Part shown: one piece after another, positions 36,201-48,660 of the stretch
Position numbering within the stretch: the first letter of the stretch is position 1
Layout: every line of letters begins with the position of its first letter
Assembly (NCBI GenBank): GCA_977017645.1
Contig: OZ360236.1
Location: forward strand, 37,944,001-38,008,000
Direction of reading: 5' to 3'
DNA length: 64,000 nt
Source: Torpedo marmorata
Lineage: Eukaryota
The notes under the pieces: model-generated
What the model saw: the letters and a program-made list of their open reading frames with translations, nothing else
What the model was told of the DNA's origin: nothing
Database searches by the model: none
Program-made: the position numbers and the translations under genes

Positions 36201-37055
36201 TTATTATCCCAATTTTAGATCCAATTTGCCAACTTCCCTTGAGCCTAAAGGTTCCAAGATTTGGATCAGCCTTCTCTGAAACAAGATCCCTGCTGAAATC
36301 ATCAATTACACTGCCCTCATCCTGTTACATCTTTTACATATTCATTCAAATAGTTCAGATGAAATCTCCCACTGACAAGATTTATTGCTGCCCTTCCAAA
36401 TGTGTGTTATTATTCCAATTTGTAAAGGTAAAGCAGAGGTGAGCATCACATGCATTGTGGTCATTAAGAGCACAAGTGTGATCAGAAAATGTCAGCCATA
36501 TGCCAATGCAAATTGTGCCTTGTCCAATTTTGCGATGGGCAGAATTTCAACAGGAAATGGCTTTGTTGTGTTAAAAGTTGCATTGAAGCATTTGTGTGTG
36601 AGTTTTCACATTTAAAAAAAAAAGTTTATTTGAGTCAATTTCTCAGTCAAAGTAAAGTAGTTTATCACAATCACATATAAAGTCACTTTGATTTATCTTT
36701 GCACTGTGTCAGCAGAAGAAACCAGAATGGGGACCTTCAGATACCAATTTCTATGGAAGGTGGGGTTGTCAAGGGGAATCCACCCATGGGGGGAACTGTT
36801 ACCATGTTCAATGTAACCTTGCAGAGGAAAGCAAACTTTGTCATAGGGTGATACGGGATCAAAGTTCTGGTAGAGAAATGAATGATCTTCACAGAGGCGT
36901 AAGGTCCCTGAGGAGGGAGAAACATTAACACTATAAATCGGGAATCAGGGAGAGAAGATGGTCAACATAATTGGAATGGGGACCGAGGCATTTAGTGAAT
37001 GCAAATGTCAGCTATTCATTTGAATGCTAATATTGCACATTTTTGTTTACGACAG

Positions 37056-37199
37056 GCAATTCCAAGGAAAAAATCTTTCTTCACTCACACAAGCAATGCT
37101 CTCTAATCTTAAAACATTGTTGATGACAGATGAAAATGGCAGGACCAACACTTGGAAGCAGGAAGGGCTATTCAACTTCTGTTATGATACGATGTTCAG
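37056..37199 (+). CDS. PTGIS: Prostacyclin synthase coding exon 4
   Basis: gacag|...|gtagca, 144 bp. Encodes QFQGKNLSSLTQAMLSNLKTLLMTDENGRTNTWKQEGLFNFCYDTMFR; phase 2/2 is consistent. Confidence 0.92.
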
Positions 37200-37796
37200 G
37201 TAGCATTTTAATGAGCTTATATGATTGTGTGGATTTACCTCTGAACTCAAAGATTGAGCTAGATGTATAGACCATTACTGTTCAGCAGGGACTGAAATAG
37301 ACTCATGTACATTAAACTGCTCTTTTAAAGAATTTTTGGTTATCTAGCAAGGATAAATATGTGCTGACAGCATAATATTTAGAAATTAAGTAGAATGTAC
37401 GATAACATTGTAAAATAACTAGTAAAATGCATTAGCTGTTGAGTGATTTAAGATTCAAGATTCAATTTATTGTCATAGTAATAAGACAGTGTCATATTCC
37501 ATGAAATTTCTTTTTGCCTGCTGCAAGGCAAACAGATTCGCCACCGGCAGAAATTGCCTAAGCGCCTCTAACATTCCTTACAGTCAGAGAAAGAGAAGCA
37601 AAAGAGAGTCCCCCCAGAGTCACCGAGTGTCCGTAGATTCGCCTCCAGCGCTTCCGCAGCCTCCGCAGCCACACAGAGTCCGGTCCAAACCATCGGCAAA
37701 CCGAGCTCCAGATCCAAACCTCTAACATGGTCAGGTCATCCTCGGCACCCCATCGCATCCCGGTTCAAATTAAAATTCTGCTGAGGAAAGAATATA

Positions 37797-38020
37797 CAGT
37801 AAAACTCTCCTTGTATCCGACACCTATGGGGATTGGTAGATGCCGGATAAGTGAATTTTCCCGTTGCTTGAGATTGCGTGTTGCGTAATTGGTGAACTAA
37901 CCGCGAGGGGGCGCCAATTTTAAACGTTCATATTTTTTACCTATTTATTTTCCGCAATTTTTTTGCTGGTTGCTTTAGGCTGCCGGTTGCTTGAATTCCA
38001 GATTATGGGGATTTTACTCT
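37797..38020. mobile_element. Tigger/pogo-like MITE (~220 bp)
   Basis: ta|cagtaaaa...ttttact(c)t|a termini; related copies in the opposite orientation at about 40235-40437 and 45248-45469. Confidence 0.7.
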
Positions 38021-38139
38021 ATAACAATTAAAAAGCATCCTATGTTGTCCAAAACTATATTATGACTAATCATGCACTGCAAAGTTCCCTGGTCCATCAC
38101 AGTGGTGCATTTTGGCATGAGTAACCTCATGGGTGAGGC

Positions 38140-39560
38140 AAGGTCATCAATTATTGCCCATCCCTAATTCCCCTCGAGAAAGTGGTGACAATGCACCTTT
38201 TTTGAGCTGCTGCACCACTTCAGGTGAAGGTACTCCCATTGTGCTATTGCTGAGGGAATTTCAGGACAGAACCAATGACACTGAATGGCTGCTGATATAT
38301 TTTCAAGCCTTGATGGTGAGTGACTTGAAGGGAAACCTGCAGCTGTTGGTGTTCCAATGGAACATCTCCCCTTTTTCTTCTTGGTGTAGATATTGTGGGT
38401 TTGGGAGACACTGTCAGAGTAGCCTGGCTGAATAACTGCAGTGGATCTTGGCTCCATAGTGCAGCCACTGTGTGCTGGTGGTGGAGGGAATGAATGGTTG
38501 GGGGGGGATTGATGGTATTCTAATCAAGCAAACTGATTTTGTCCTGGATCATGGCAAACTTCTTGAGAGTTTTAGTGTCAAGAAAGTGGAAGGTATTCCG
38601 TCAAACTCCTAACCTTAGCTTGTAGCTGGTGGAATTACCTTGGAATGTAAGGAGGTGAGTTGTTTCCTGAAGGATACCCAGTCTCTGTCTTGCTCTCATA
38701 GCTGTTGTCTGTATGTGTCCAGTCCATTTTAGTCCCTGGTAAAGTGAACGCCCAAAGTGTTGATGGTGGGGGGCTTGATCACAGTCATGGCATTTGAGTG
38801 TCAGAAGTGGTTGGACTCCCTTTACTTCGGTGGCTTGAATGTTGCTTGATACCTATCAGCCCATCCCAGAATAGTGTCTAGGTCCTGCAGCATGAAAGAA
38901 TGAGCTGCTTCATTTGCTGAGGAGTTGGGTATTAAATTAAACATTGTGCAGTCATTAATGAACATTCCCAATTGTCTAACCTGTTAAAGGAAGTGAGGGT
39001 ATTGATGAATCAGCTGGAGGTACTTGGAGCTAGGATGCTATCTGAGGGACTCCTATAATGATGTCCCAGAGTTAGAATGATTGATCACCAACAATTACAC
39101 CACCCTCCTTTGTAACTCAAACCGCTGGAGTGTTTCCCCTTTGATGCCTATTGATGTCAATGTAACGCCTTGATGCCACAATCTGTCAAATGCTGTCATG
39201 ATATCAAGGGCTGCCTTCTTCATCACCTCTCGAATTCAGTTCTTTTGTCAATGTTTGAAAGCATTGTTAATGGAGGTTTCCATCCTTTTGCTGATTAGTG
39301 CGGTTGTCTTTTTGGGTGGTAATTAGCCAGAATCAATTAGTCTTGCATTTTGTGAACAGTGCAAACTTGGGCAATTTTTCACATTGTCAGATGGATGCTA
39401 GTGTTATAACTATTGCAATAACATGTCCAGAGAGGCAGCTAGTTCTGCAGTGCACGTCTTCACTACCACAGCTGGTAGTACAGCGAATACTCTGTGGTAC
39501 CTATACTTCAGCATCCGATGAATATGTTGAATGCTAAATATCATAAACCTTTGGATGCAG
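38140..39560 (-). mobile_element. Ancient, heavily decayed LINE remnant
   Basis: Faint RT-like traces (e.g. the reverse complement of tgccacaatctgtcaaatgctgtcatgatatcaagg reads LDIMTAFDRLWH); no intact ORF. Confidence 0.5.
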
Positions 39561-40859
39561 GTAGTTTTGTTCCTCCCACGTGGTTTTATATTTCATTGGA
39601 TAACAACAATTTCCAGCAGGTAGGAGAGAACAATAAACTTGAAGCTGCATTCTCCATGTGGAAAGTTTTCCTCAAATGCAGGTCTCGTAATTTTAGCAGC
39701 TCCATAGTATAATTTTACTCTGCCCCTGTTTGCGACAGTTTCCACAATCGTGTCATGGGTCCATAAAGCAGTTTTGATTTTTTTAGAAACGACTTTATTG
39801 TGCTTTAAGAAACCCTTTAGTAAAAAGAAAAGCTCGGGGCTATGATAACCTTGGCAGTTGTTCAGAATGTTCTCACTGTGATAGAGATTGCCTGGAGGGT
39901 CAGTGTCCAAGCAATCCCACTGTGGTGATTATTTCTCGTGAATCTGAGAAAAGCAAGGGAATAAAGACTTCTATTTATATGAAACACAAAAACTAAAGAT
40001 GCTGGAAATTTCTGTGAAATATGAGAAGCCGGAGGGACTCAATGGGTCAGACAGCATCTATGGAGAGAAATGATCAGTCAGGACCCAACCAAAAATGTTG
40101 ACTGACCATTTCTCTCCATGGATGCTGTCTGAACAGTTCAGTCCCTCCGGCTTCTCTTTGTTCACTCTATTTATATAAGGCCTTTTACAACCTCATGATG
40201 TCCTGAAGTGTCTTACATTCAGTGAAGTGCTAGAGTAAAACTCTTGTTATCCGGAATTCAAGCAACCAGCAAAAAGATCGCAAAAAATAAATAGGTAAAA
40301 AATTTGGAAGTTTAAAATTGGCGCACCTCGTCATTAGTTCGCCAATCACGCAACACGCAAACTCAAGCAAACGGAAAATTCACTTATCCGGCATCTACCA
40401 ATCCCCATAGGTGCCGGATACCAGGGGTTTTAATGTATTATGAAGTTCAGTTAATGATGTGATACAGAAAAAATAGCAACCAATTTATGAAAAATAACCA
40501 TCCCCAAAAGTTGATTGACGATGATCAGGTCATCAATTTTATTGATGTTGATTGAGGGATAAATATTGGCCAGAACTAAAGTAATTTTGTAAAGGGAGTT
40601 TTCCTTAGTTGTACCAAGGCTAGTGTGCCTGTGACTCTATATGTCTAAAAATGGGAATCTGTCTCAAGTTTATCACCCTACTTGTTTCCTTTTTTTCATG
40701 GAACTAAAACAGTAATAATAGCTCATCTTTGAGAGCCATGTTGTAAATTAAGTGAGAACTAACTCAAAATACCTCAACTGAAAGTTCAGGACAATTGTTT
40801 TGAAAGATAGCTTGGTGCAATAAACGCAATGAGAATTCTTATCCCAGAAATCTTCATTA

Positions 40860-42062
40860 GAACCATAGAACAATAAAGCACAGAAATAGGCCCTTCAGCC
40901 CTTCTAGTCCGTGCCGAACTATTATTCTCTCTAGTCCCAAAGATCTGCACCCCGACCATAGCCCCCATATCCCTCCAATCCATGTACCTGTCCAAATTAT
41001 TTTTAAAAATTAAAATTGAGCCCGCATTCACCATTTCAGCTGGTAGCTCGTTCCACACTCCCACCACTCTCTGTGTGAAGAAGTTCCCCATAATTTTCCC
41101 TCTAAACCTTTCCCCTTTCACCCTTAACCCATGTCCTCTGGTTTTTATCTCACCTACCCTCAGTGGAAAAAGTCTACCTACATTTACTCTGACTGACCCC
41201 TCATAATTTTAAATACCTCTATCAAATCTCCCCTCATTCTTCTATGCTCCAGGGAATAAAGTCCTAACCTGTTTAACCTTTCCCTGTAACTCAGTTCCTG
41301 AAGTCCGGGCAGCATCCTAGTAAATCTTCTCTGCACTCTTTCAATCTTACTGATATTGTTCCTGTAGTTAGGTGACCAAAACTGCACACAATACTCCAAA
41401 TTTGGCCTCACCAATGTCTTATACACCTTTACCATAACATCCCAACTCCTGTACTCAATACTTTGATTTATGAAGGCCAATATGCCAAAAGCTCTCTTTA
41501 CGACCCTATCTACCTATGACACCACTTTCAGGGAATTACAGTATGTATCTGTATTCCCAAATCCCTCTGTTCTACCCCACTCCTCAGTGCCCAACCATTT
41601 ACCATGTATGGCCTTTCTTAGTCTGTCCTTCCTCAGCAGCACCTCACACTTGTCTGCATTAAATTCCATCTGCCATTTTTCAGCCCATTTTTACAGCTGG
41701 TCCAGATCCCTCTGCAAGATTTGAAAGCTTTCCTCACTGTCCACTACACCTCCAATCTTTGTGCCATCTGCAAATTTGCTGATCCAATTTACCACATTGT
41801 CATCCAGATCATTGATATAAATGGCAAACAACAATGGTCCCAGCACTGATCCCTGAGGCACATCACTAGTCACAGGCCTCCAGTCTGAGAAGCAATCATC
41901 CACTACTACTCTCTGGCTTCTCCCATCAGCCAATGTCGAATCCAGTTGACTACCTCCACATGAATACCTAGCGTCTGAACCTTTCTGACTAACCTCCCAT
42001 GTGGGAACTTGTCAAAGGCCTTACTAGAGTCCATGTAGACAACATCCACAGCTTTTCCTTCA
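40860..42062 (-). mobile_element. 5'-truncated CR1 LINE
   Basis: [22 protein letters not shown] and FFTQRVVGVWNELP; same family as 56092-60430. Confidence 0.92.
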
Positions 42063-42774
42063 TTAAACTAGTAGTTTACATTGCAGAGACAAGGGATTGT
42101 AGTTTCTGGAATCTGAACCAAAAATGAGTTTGGTGGAGGGTCAGGCGGCATCTATGGAGGCAAAGGAATGGTTGACGTGTCGGGTCAAGACCTTGCATCA
42201 GTCATTTATGCTGCCCGACCCACTTAACTTCCTCCATTGGCTTGTATTTTTGGTTCACATTTACAGAACTGGAAAACGTATCTATTTTTGAATGCTGACT
42301 ACTTGTGAATATTGGAAAACATTTTTGACAGCCTTGCTTTATATAAATATGATTAAATCAAGTGGAAACCATGTGTGAGTTTATCTACAACACATTGCTG
42401 ATAATATTATGATTTAATAAACTTCTGCTTCTTTAATCTGTACACTTAGAACTCCCCAACCTGTCAGTTCAATCATAATTTCCAATGAATTGAGGTTTCT
42501 ACCCAAATTCCATTTGTCTGTTTCACCAGTGTTATTTTAGTGGTGACATCTAGAAAACATACCCTTGTACGGAAAACTTTGATAATGCATTGGATTTATG
42601 AATAACAGGAAATAATTGTCATTACATATGTGCAGAGGTATTTGAAACGGCAATGGTTGTCATAGGATTCAAATCAGTTTTAAATAACTCAGAAAAGAAT
42701 GTTAAAATTCTTGGCGATAGTCAGTACTTGTTATTATGACCATTGGCTGTAATATTTTTTTGTTATTTAATTAG

Positions 42775-42929
42775 GGCAGGATATCTCACACTGTATGGAA
42801 ATGAAGCTGCACAAAGTTGTGAACAAACATCCAAAATTAAAGATAAAGTTAATTCATCAGAAGTCTATAACATATATAGGAGACTAGACCAACTCTTGAT
42901 GAAACTTGTCCGCTCCACATTGTCTGCAG
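42775..42929 (+). CDS. PTGIS: Prostacyclin synthase coding exon 5
   Basis: attag|...|gtgagc, 155 bp. Encodes AGYLTLYGNEAAQSCEQTSKIKDKVNSSEVYNIYRRLDQLLMKLVRSTLSA. Confidence 0.93.
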
Positions 42930-43086
42930 GTGAGCATGTCATGTATGTAATGATCAAGTTCAGGTTTAAACATCATCCGATTGCACAAGTACAACCCGTC
43001 GAAACAGTCCTTGGTGCAAAGCATGCGGACACTCAACCAGACCTAACCCACGCACAGACATACAATGCATACACAGGACAAATATA

Positions 43087-43563
43087 CAGTAAAAGTCCTA
43101 CAATCCAGACTGCTCGGGGATTGGGTCAGTCCAGTTTTTTTAATTTTCCGGATTCTCAGGCAACACTTTTAAAATTCACATTTAAGGAGGAATAAAGAAG
43201 AGATGACCAGGTAAATTTTGATAGTTTTTTCATGCTTCTTTTTATCAGAATGAGCAGATTTAAAGAAAAATAAATTCAACACTTGACAAAAATATAAATA
43301 TCATTTTTTTCACTACAAAAAAAGCATGTAATGCATGAAATTATGTTTAAAAATGAACATTGTAAAAGAAAAATACAGTATACAAATGAATTTCTTTGTG
43401 ATAAGATTACCTGCATTAAGCGTGGTCGCTTGTTGCCGCTGTGCATCTGTGGTGCTTACTCATGCACGTACGCACGCCAAAGCCCGCTAAATTTAAAACG
43501 TTTGAGAGACCGGATTCTCGGGTGGTCCGGATTTCTGGCATCTGGATTTTTGGACTTTTACTG
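43087..43563. mobile_element. Tigger/pogo-like non-autonomous DNA transposon
   Basis: TIRs cagtaaaagtcc..aatccaga / tctggatt..ggacttttactg, flanked by TA. Confidence 0.8.
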
Positions 43564-43685
43564 TACTTATATAAAAATAAATAAATAAATTTTGATAAAC
43601 TAAACTGTTATTTTTGAATATTGTGATAATTTTATTTTCAATTAGACAGATTACAGCATGTTAATAAACCTTATTCCCTTGGTAG

Positions 43686-43867
43686 ATGAGAAGAGACAGG
43701 CTGCCTCAGTAAAAGAGCATCTTTGGCAGTTGTTGTCTGTGGAGAAGTTAAGTTCAAGAGTGAACAGAAGCAGCTGGATTCAGAGTTACTGCAGCCATCT
43801 CCAGAAGCTAGGCCTACACAAGGACATGAAGGCCCGAGCGATGGTTCTACAACTGTGGGCCACACAG
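43686..43867 (+). CDS. PTGIS: Prostacyclin synthase coding exon 6
   Basis: ggtag|...|gtaggg, 182 bp. Encodes EKRQAASVKEHLWQLLS...RSSWIQSY...RAMVLQLWATQ; the I-helix LQLWATQ is characteristic of PTGIS. Confidence 0.94.
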
Positions 43868-44220
43868 GTAGGGAGTCCCTCCAATCCACTGAATAGAACT
43901 GCTTTCACTGTTGCAAACATACACTTACATTTAAATTTAAATAATATTCGATCTCTCCAGAATATACACTTTTCTCATCCATAACTCATTCATAATATTT
44001 TTTTAGCATTTGTGACCCTGATAGAGCTTACCTGTAACTAAGAGTTCCATAGAATTCAACCACCTATCTACCCTTTACTGATGTGCTAAGGACAGGTTTA
44101 GATCCAACTTGTGTTTGACCCCTTATCTTTACACCAAGCGGATGTAAGAACTGTAACCCATTAACTTGTATGGGATAATTGACCCTGTAAAAAGCTGAAC
44201 CAATGTTACTTTATTTCTGG

Positions 44221-44860
44221 AGTAAACACGAAAGTCTGCAGACGCAGTTATTGACGTAAAAACACAATGCTGGAGGAACTCAGCAGGTCAAACAGCGTAC
44301 TTTATATAGCAAAGATAAAGATACATAATCAATGTTTCAGGTTTGAGCCCTTCATCAAGGTACGAGCAAACTGTAGTCAGGCGCCTGAATAAAATGGTGG
44401 GGAGGGGCAGGGGAAGAAGCACAGGCCCACAGGCAAGAGGTAAGGGAGAGAGGGCACAACAGAAAATAGGGGAAGGGGGGATAGCTCTTTGAATGGAGAG
44501 GGATAGGGTAGAGAGCTGGAGGAAAGGAGACAGAGGGATAGGGAAGAGAGGGGGAATGTAGAATGGCCTGGCAGAAACCGGAGAAGTCGATGTTAATGCC
44601 ATCCGGTTGAAGAGTGCCGAGTTGGAACATTAGGTGTTGCTCCTCCATTTTATGGGTGGCCTTGGTTTGGCAGTGCAATGAGGTCATGGTCATACATGTC
44701 GTCGTGGGAGTAGGGTCAAGAATTGAAATGGTTGACCGCAGGGAGATCCCTGTCATTGATGTGGATAGAGCGAAGGTGCTCAGCGAAGCGATCTCCCAGT
44801 CTGTGTCCAGTCTCTCCGCTGTAGAGAGAGTCTGCTGAGTTTCTCCAGCATTGTGCTTTA
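44221..44860 (-). mobile_element. PLE 3' fragment with a short inverted pLTR piece
   Basis: Decayed GIY-YIG C-terminus (EEQHLMFQLGTLQPDGINIDFS) and hammerhead-like motif at about 44332-44360; flanked by ttact(t)ttatttct repeats. Confidence 0.8.
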
Positions 44861-45794
44861 ACTTACTTTATTTCTTATCATTTTAATACAATTTTAATGA
44901 AATAATTCAATTTTTTCAAAGTAGTTAAGCACATTGGCACAGCAGCTGTAGCAACTTGGATTCACTCCTGGGCTCGGCTGCTGTCTGTGCAGAGGTTGCA
45001 TATCCTCTGTGACTGCATGGATTTGCTCTGGGCACTTCAGTTTCCTCCCACATACCAATGACATGTGATTGACAGGTTAATTGGCCAGCCGCTGTAAATT
45101 ACCCCTATTGCAGAGGTGAATGGCAGAATATGGGGAGCTGATGGGAAAATGGAGAGAATAAAAAAATGTGATGAGTGTAAATGGGTGCTTGATGGATGTT
45201 GGGCTAAGGGGCTTATTTCCCTCCTATGATCCATATTTTTCCGTGTACAGTAAAATCCCCGTTATCTGGAATTCAAGCAACCTGCAGCCTCAAGCAACCG
45301 GCAAAAAGAATCACGGAAAGTAAATAGGTAAAAAATATGGAAGTTTAAAATTGGCGCCCCATCGTGGTCAGTTCGCCAATCACACAACATGCAATCTCAA
45401 GCAACCAGCAAATACACTTATCCGGCATCCACCAATCTCCATAGGTGCCAGATACCAGGGGTTTTACTGTATATCACACTATGAATGCTTTATCAGTTTA
45501 CATTTTATAGTCATCTCTTTGTTATTTCAAGTTCTCATGAACACTTCAAGTAGGTTGAGATCAGTTTGTAAACCATGCAGAGAGGAATGCAGTGGGAATG
45601 AATTTAGCTCTTATGGTGGGTGAAAATATCCTTCCAATGTCCAATGTCAAATCAAATCAGAAATCTGCCATTTAGTTCATTAGAGCTCTGTTCACCCAGA
45701 AATCAGGCAACTGGTGAATGTTTTAAATTTAAACAGATCAGTTCAACTGGAAATTGTTTCGAACAGTTCATCCTGATTTCTTTTTAAAATTTAG

Positions 45795-46015
45795 AGATAC
45801 AGCACGGTAACAGGCCCTTCCGGCCCATGAGCCCGTGTCACCCAATTACACCCAATTGACCTACAACCCCCGGTACATTTTTGGAAGGTGGGTGGAAACT
45901 GGAGTACCTGTTGGAATCCCCCACAGACACAGGGAGAATGTACAAACTCCTTACAGACAGCGCGGGATCTGTAACAGCGTTGCGCTAACAGCTATGCTAA
46001 CTAACCATGCCGGCC
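45795..46015 (-). mobile_element. tRNA-derived SINE, V-SINE-like
   Basis: Same family as 34210-34460. Confidence 0.65.
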
Positions 46016-47284
46016 CTAAAAAACATTATATTGCAATTGGGGAGCAAATGTTAGTATTTCCATACTGGTGTCAAGAAAGAAGTGATCTTTAAAAATGATT
46101 GGCTTGATGTTCCTCTACTCTCTTGTATATAGTTTTTGTGGAAATCTAATGATTGTGCTTGAAGAATTCTTTGTAAGAATTTGTGAGTGTGAAAATAAGG
46201 TTAATTATTGACATTTCTCGAGAGTTATTCAGTTTCTGTATGGTCTTTCCCAGCCTAATTTTCCAGACCTTTACTTCCTCACTCAGTACTGAAATTTTGC
46301 AGTGTAACAATAGTTTCTATAAGGGGCTTTGTATTCAGACTGAAATAGTTCAATGTTATGGAGTTAGAAAGGCTGGGATGCAATCACGCTCACTGAACAT
46401 GCCCATGCCTTAAAATAGATTTCTGATATTCATCTGCATTAGAAGTGATGCAGTGACACAAGCTGGTGGATTCTGTTTCCTGACACACAATAAGACCTTG
46501 TGTGATATTGTGAATCATTCCTTGGCAGCATGTACTGATCTGGAGCCTGGAGCCAGTGCTATTTTAAACATGATAATAGTAGATCCTGTTACAAGGGACT
46601 GCACTGTTATCCCTGTATATTGTAAAATGATCCTTAACTATATTTGCCTTTAAAGATTTCCCTCCTATCATTCTTCCATTTCATGGTTATTTTAGGCATA
46701 ACTATTAAGAGAGAATAGGATATGTCTATGAAAGGCACTGGAGGAAAAATACGATAGCTTCTGAAGTGTCTGTAGGGATCAGTTCTAGACCCAACAGTGA
46801 AGCAGCAATTCCCACCCACTGATAGATTCCAATGCAGCAGCCATGCAAAGTCAAAGTGCTGCAGGGACTGTGCAGGCTGCTGTCATGATGGCTATGGATT
46901 GCAGTGGGTAGTGGAGATAACAGAATCTCACAGCAGGCAACTTAATTTGAAGACTAACATAGTTGCTGAGGTACCACCCAGGGTGATTGGCTTTAATGCC
47001 TGCCTTTCTTCAGAATGACAGCATTCATCATCCACCCTTGCCACACTGCCTGCGCCCTTGTTATTGCCTATCAGTAAGCCAGCCTGAAGACCTGTCACTC
47101 ACACTGAGATGGAGCAATGTGCAAGAGTGTCTTCTGGGTCCAGAGTTGCTCAAGGTCATCCACCAAAGCCATTTGCAGTCTCCTCCACTTAAAATCATCA
47201 CCCTTGCATCAGTCATGTTGGAGCCATTCATCAGACTGTATTCACAGCCAAGGGAGCTGAGAAGTCAGACACAAGGGTAATTAA

Positions 47285-48008
47285 TTTAGGTTCTTGGGAG
47301 TCACTATCTCGGAGGATCTTTCCTGGACCCAACACACCAATGGCATCGTGAAGGAAGCACGTCAGCACCTTTACTTCCTCAGCAGTTTGCGGAGGTTTGT
47401 TATGACATCAGAAGCCCTGGCAAATTTCTACCGATGTGTGGTGGAAAGTGTGCTGACCGACTGCATCACGGTCTGGTATGGGAACACCAATACCCCTGTG
47501 TGTAAAGCCCTCCAAAAGGTAGTGGACACAGCCCAGGACATTACAGGCAAAATCTTCCCCACTATTGAGTACATCTACAGGGAACGCTGCCGTCAGAGGG
47601 CAGCAGCAATCATCAAAGACCCACACCACCCAGCACATGCTCTGTTCTCGCTGCTACCATCAGGAAAAAGGAATAGGTGCCACAAGACTCGCACCACCAG
47701 GTTCAGGAACAGCTGCTACCTCTCCACCATCAGAATCCTCAATGACAAAGTCAATTAGAGACTCATTTAAGGACTCTTACTTGTGCACTTTATTGATTTT
47801 CTTTGCTCTCTCTGTATTGCACAGTCAGTTTGTTTACATTCGTTATCTGTTTACAGTTCTTTTGATTGTTTACATGTTTATGCTGTGTACAGTTTTTTTT
47901 TGCACTACCAATTAGTGGTAATTCTGCCACGCCCGCAGGAAAAAAAGAATCTCAGGGTTGTATGTGATGTCACATATGTACTCTGACAATAAATCTGAAA
48001 TCTGAAAT
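47285..48008 (+). mobile_element. Rex1/Babar- or L2-like LINE 3' end
   Basis: FLGVTISEDLSW...LYFL..LRRF...FYRCVVESVLT...HPAHALFSLLPSG; ends aataaa(tctgaaa)2. Confidence 0.8.
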
Positions 48009-48660
48009 GTGAATTAGTTGACTTCTATACAGAATCTGACATGATTACATTTCTTAATTTATTTAGTATGTTTAGCTTGCAGTGAATTTTCCTATTTTGA
48101 CCAAGTTGGTATCACAATAGTTAGGAAGGAAAGGTGTGAAATTATTGTTTAGGGAAATGAGTACCTCACAGATGGGTCAAGCAATAAAGATTTGTCAAGC
48201 TTAGCTCCTTCTTTATCTGAAATGTCTCCCTCCTCATTTAATCTCATTTGATGCCCCAATGCAGTTTTATCTTTTAAAGAAATGTTGTTTTAAAATATGA
48301 AACACAAGGGAAAAAAATGTGTACAACCAAGACCCACAAACGCTAGTGAGATATATAACTAGATGATTTGTTATTGTGACAGAGCATTCCAAGTGTTCTT
48401 ACTGAAAGGTTAACCTATTTTATATACCTATGTCACTGGAGAGTGCTTTTATAAAATGCTCATTCTTTAATGACAATTAACACTTGAAACCTTACCACTT
48501 TTACAAATCAGTATTCCATTAAATGTGTCCTGTAATAGGGTATTTTTGAGCGCCTTCGTAAAAATAACTCCATTTGTTTTTGCTGGTAATCATCAATTTT
48601 GTGCAGACTTTCAGCTACGAATGTGCTTTAAGTACAAAATGCTTTAAGTCGTAAGGTTAT

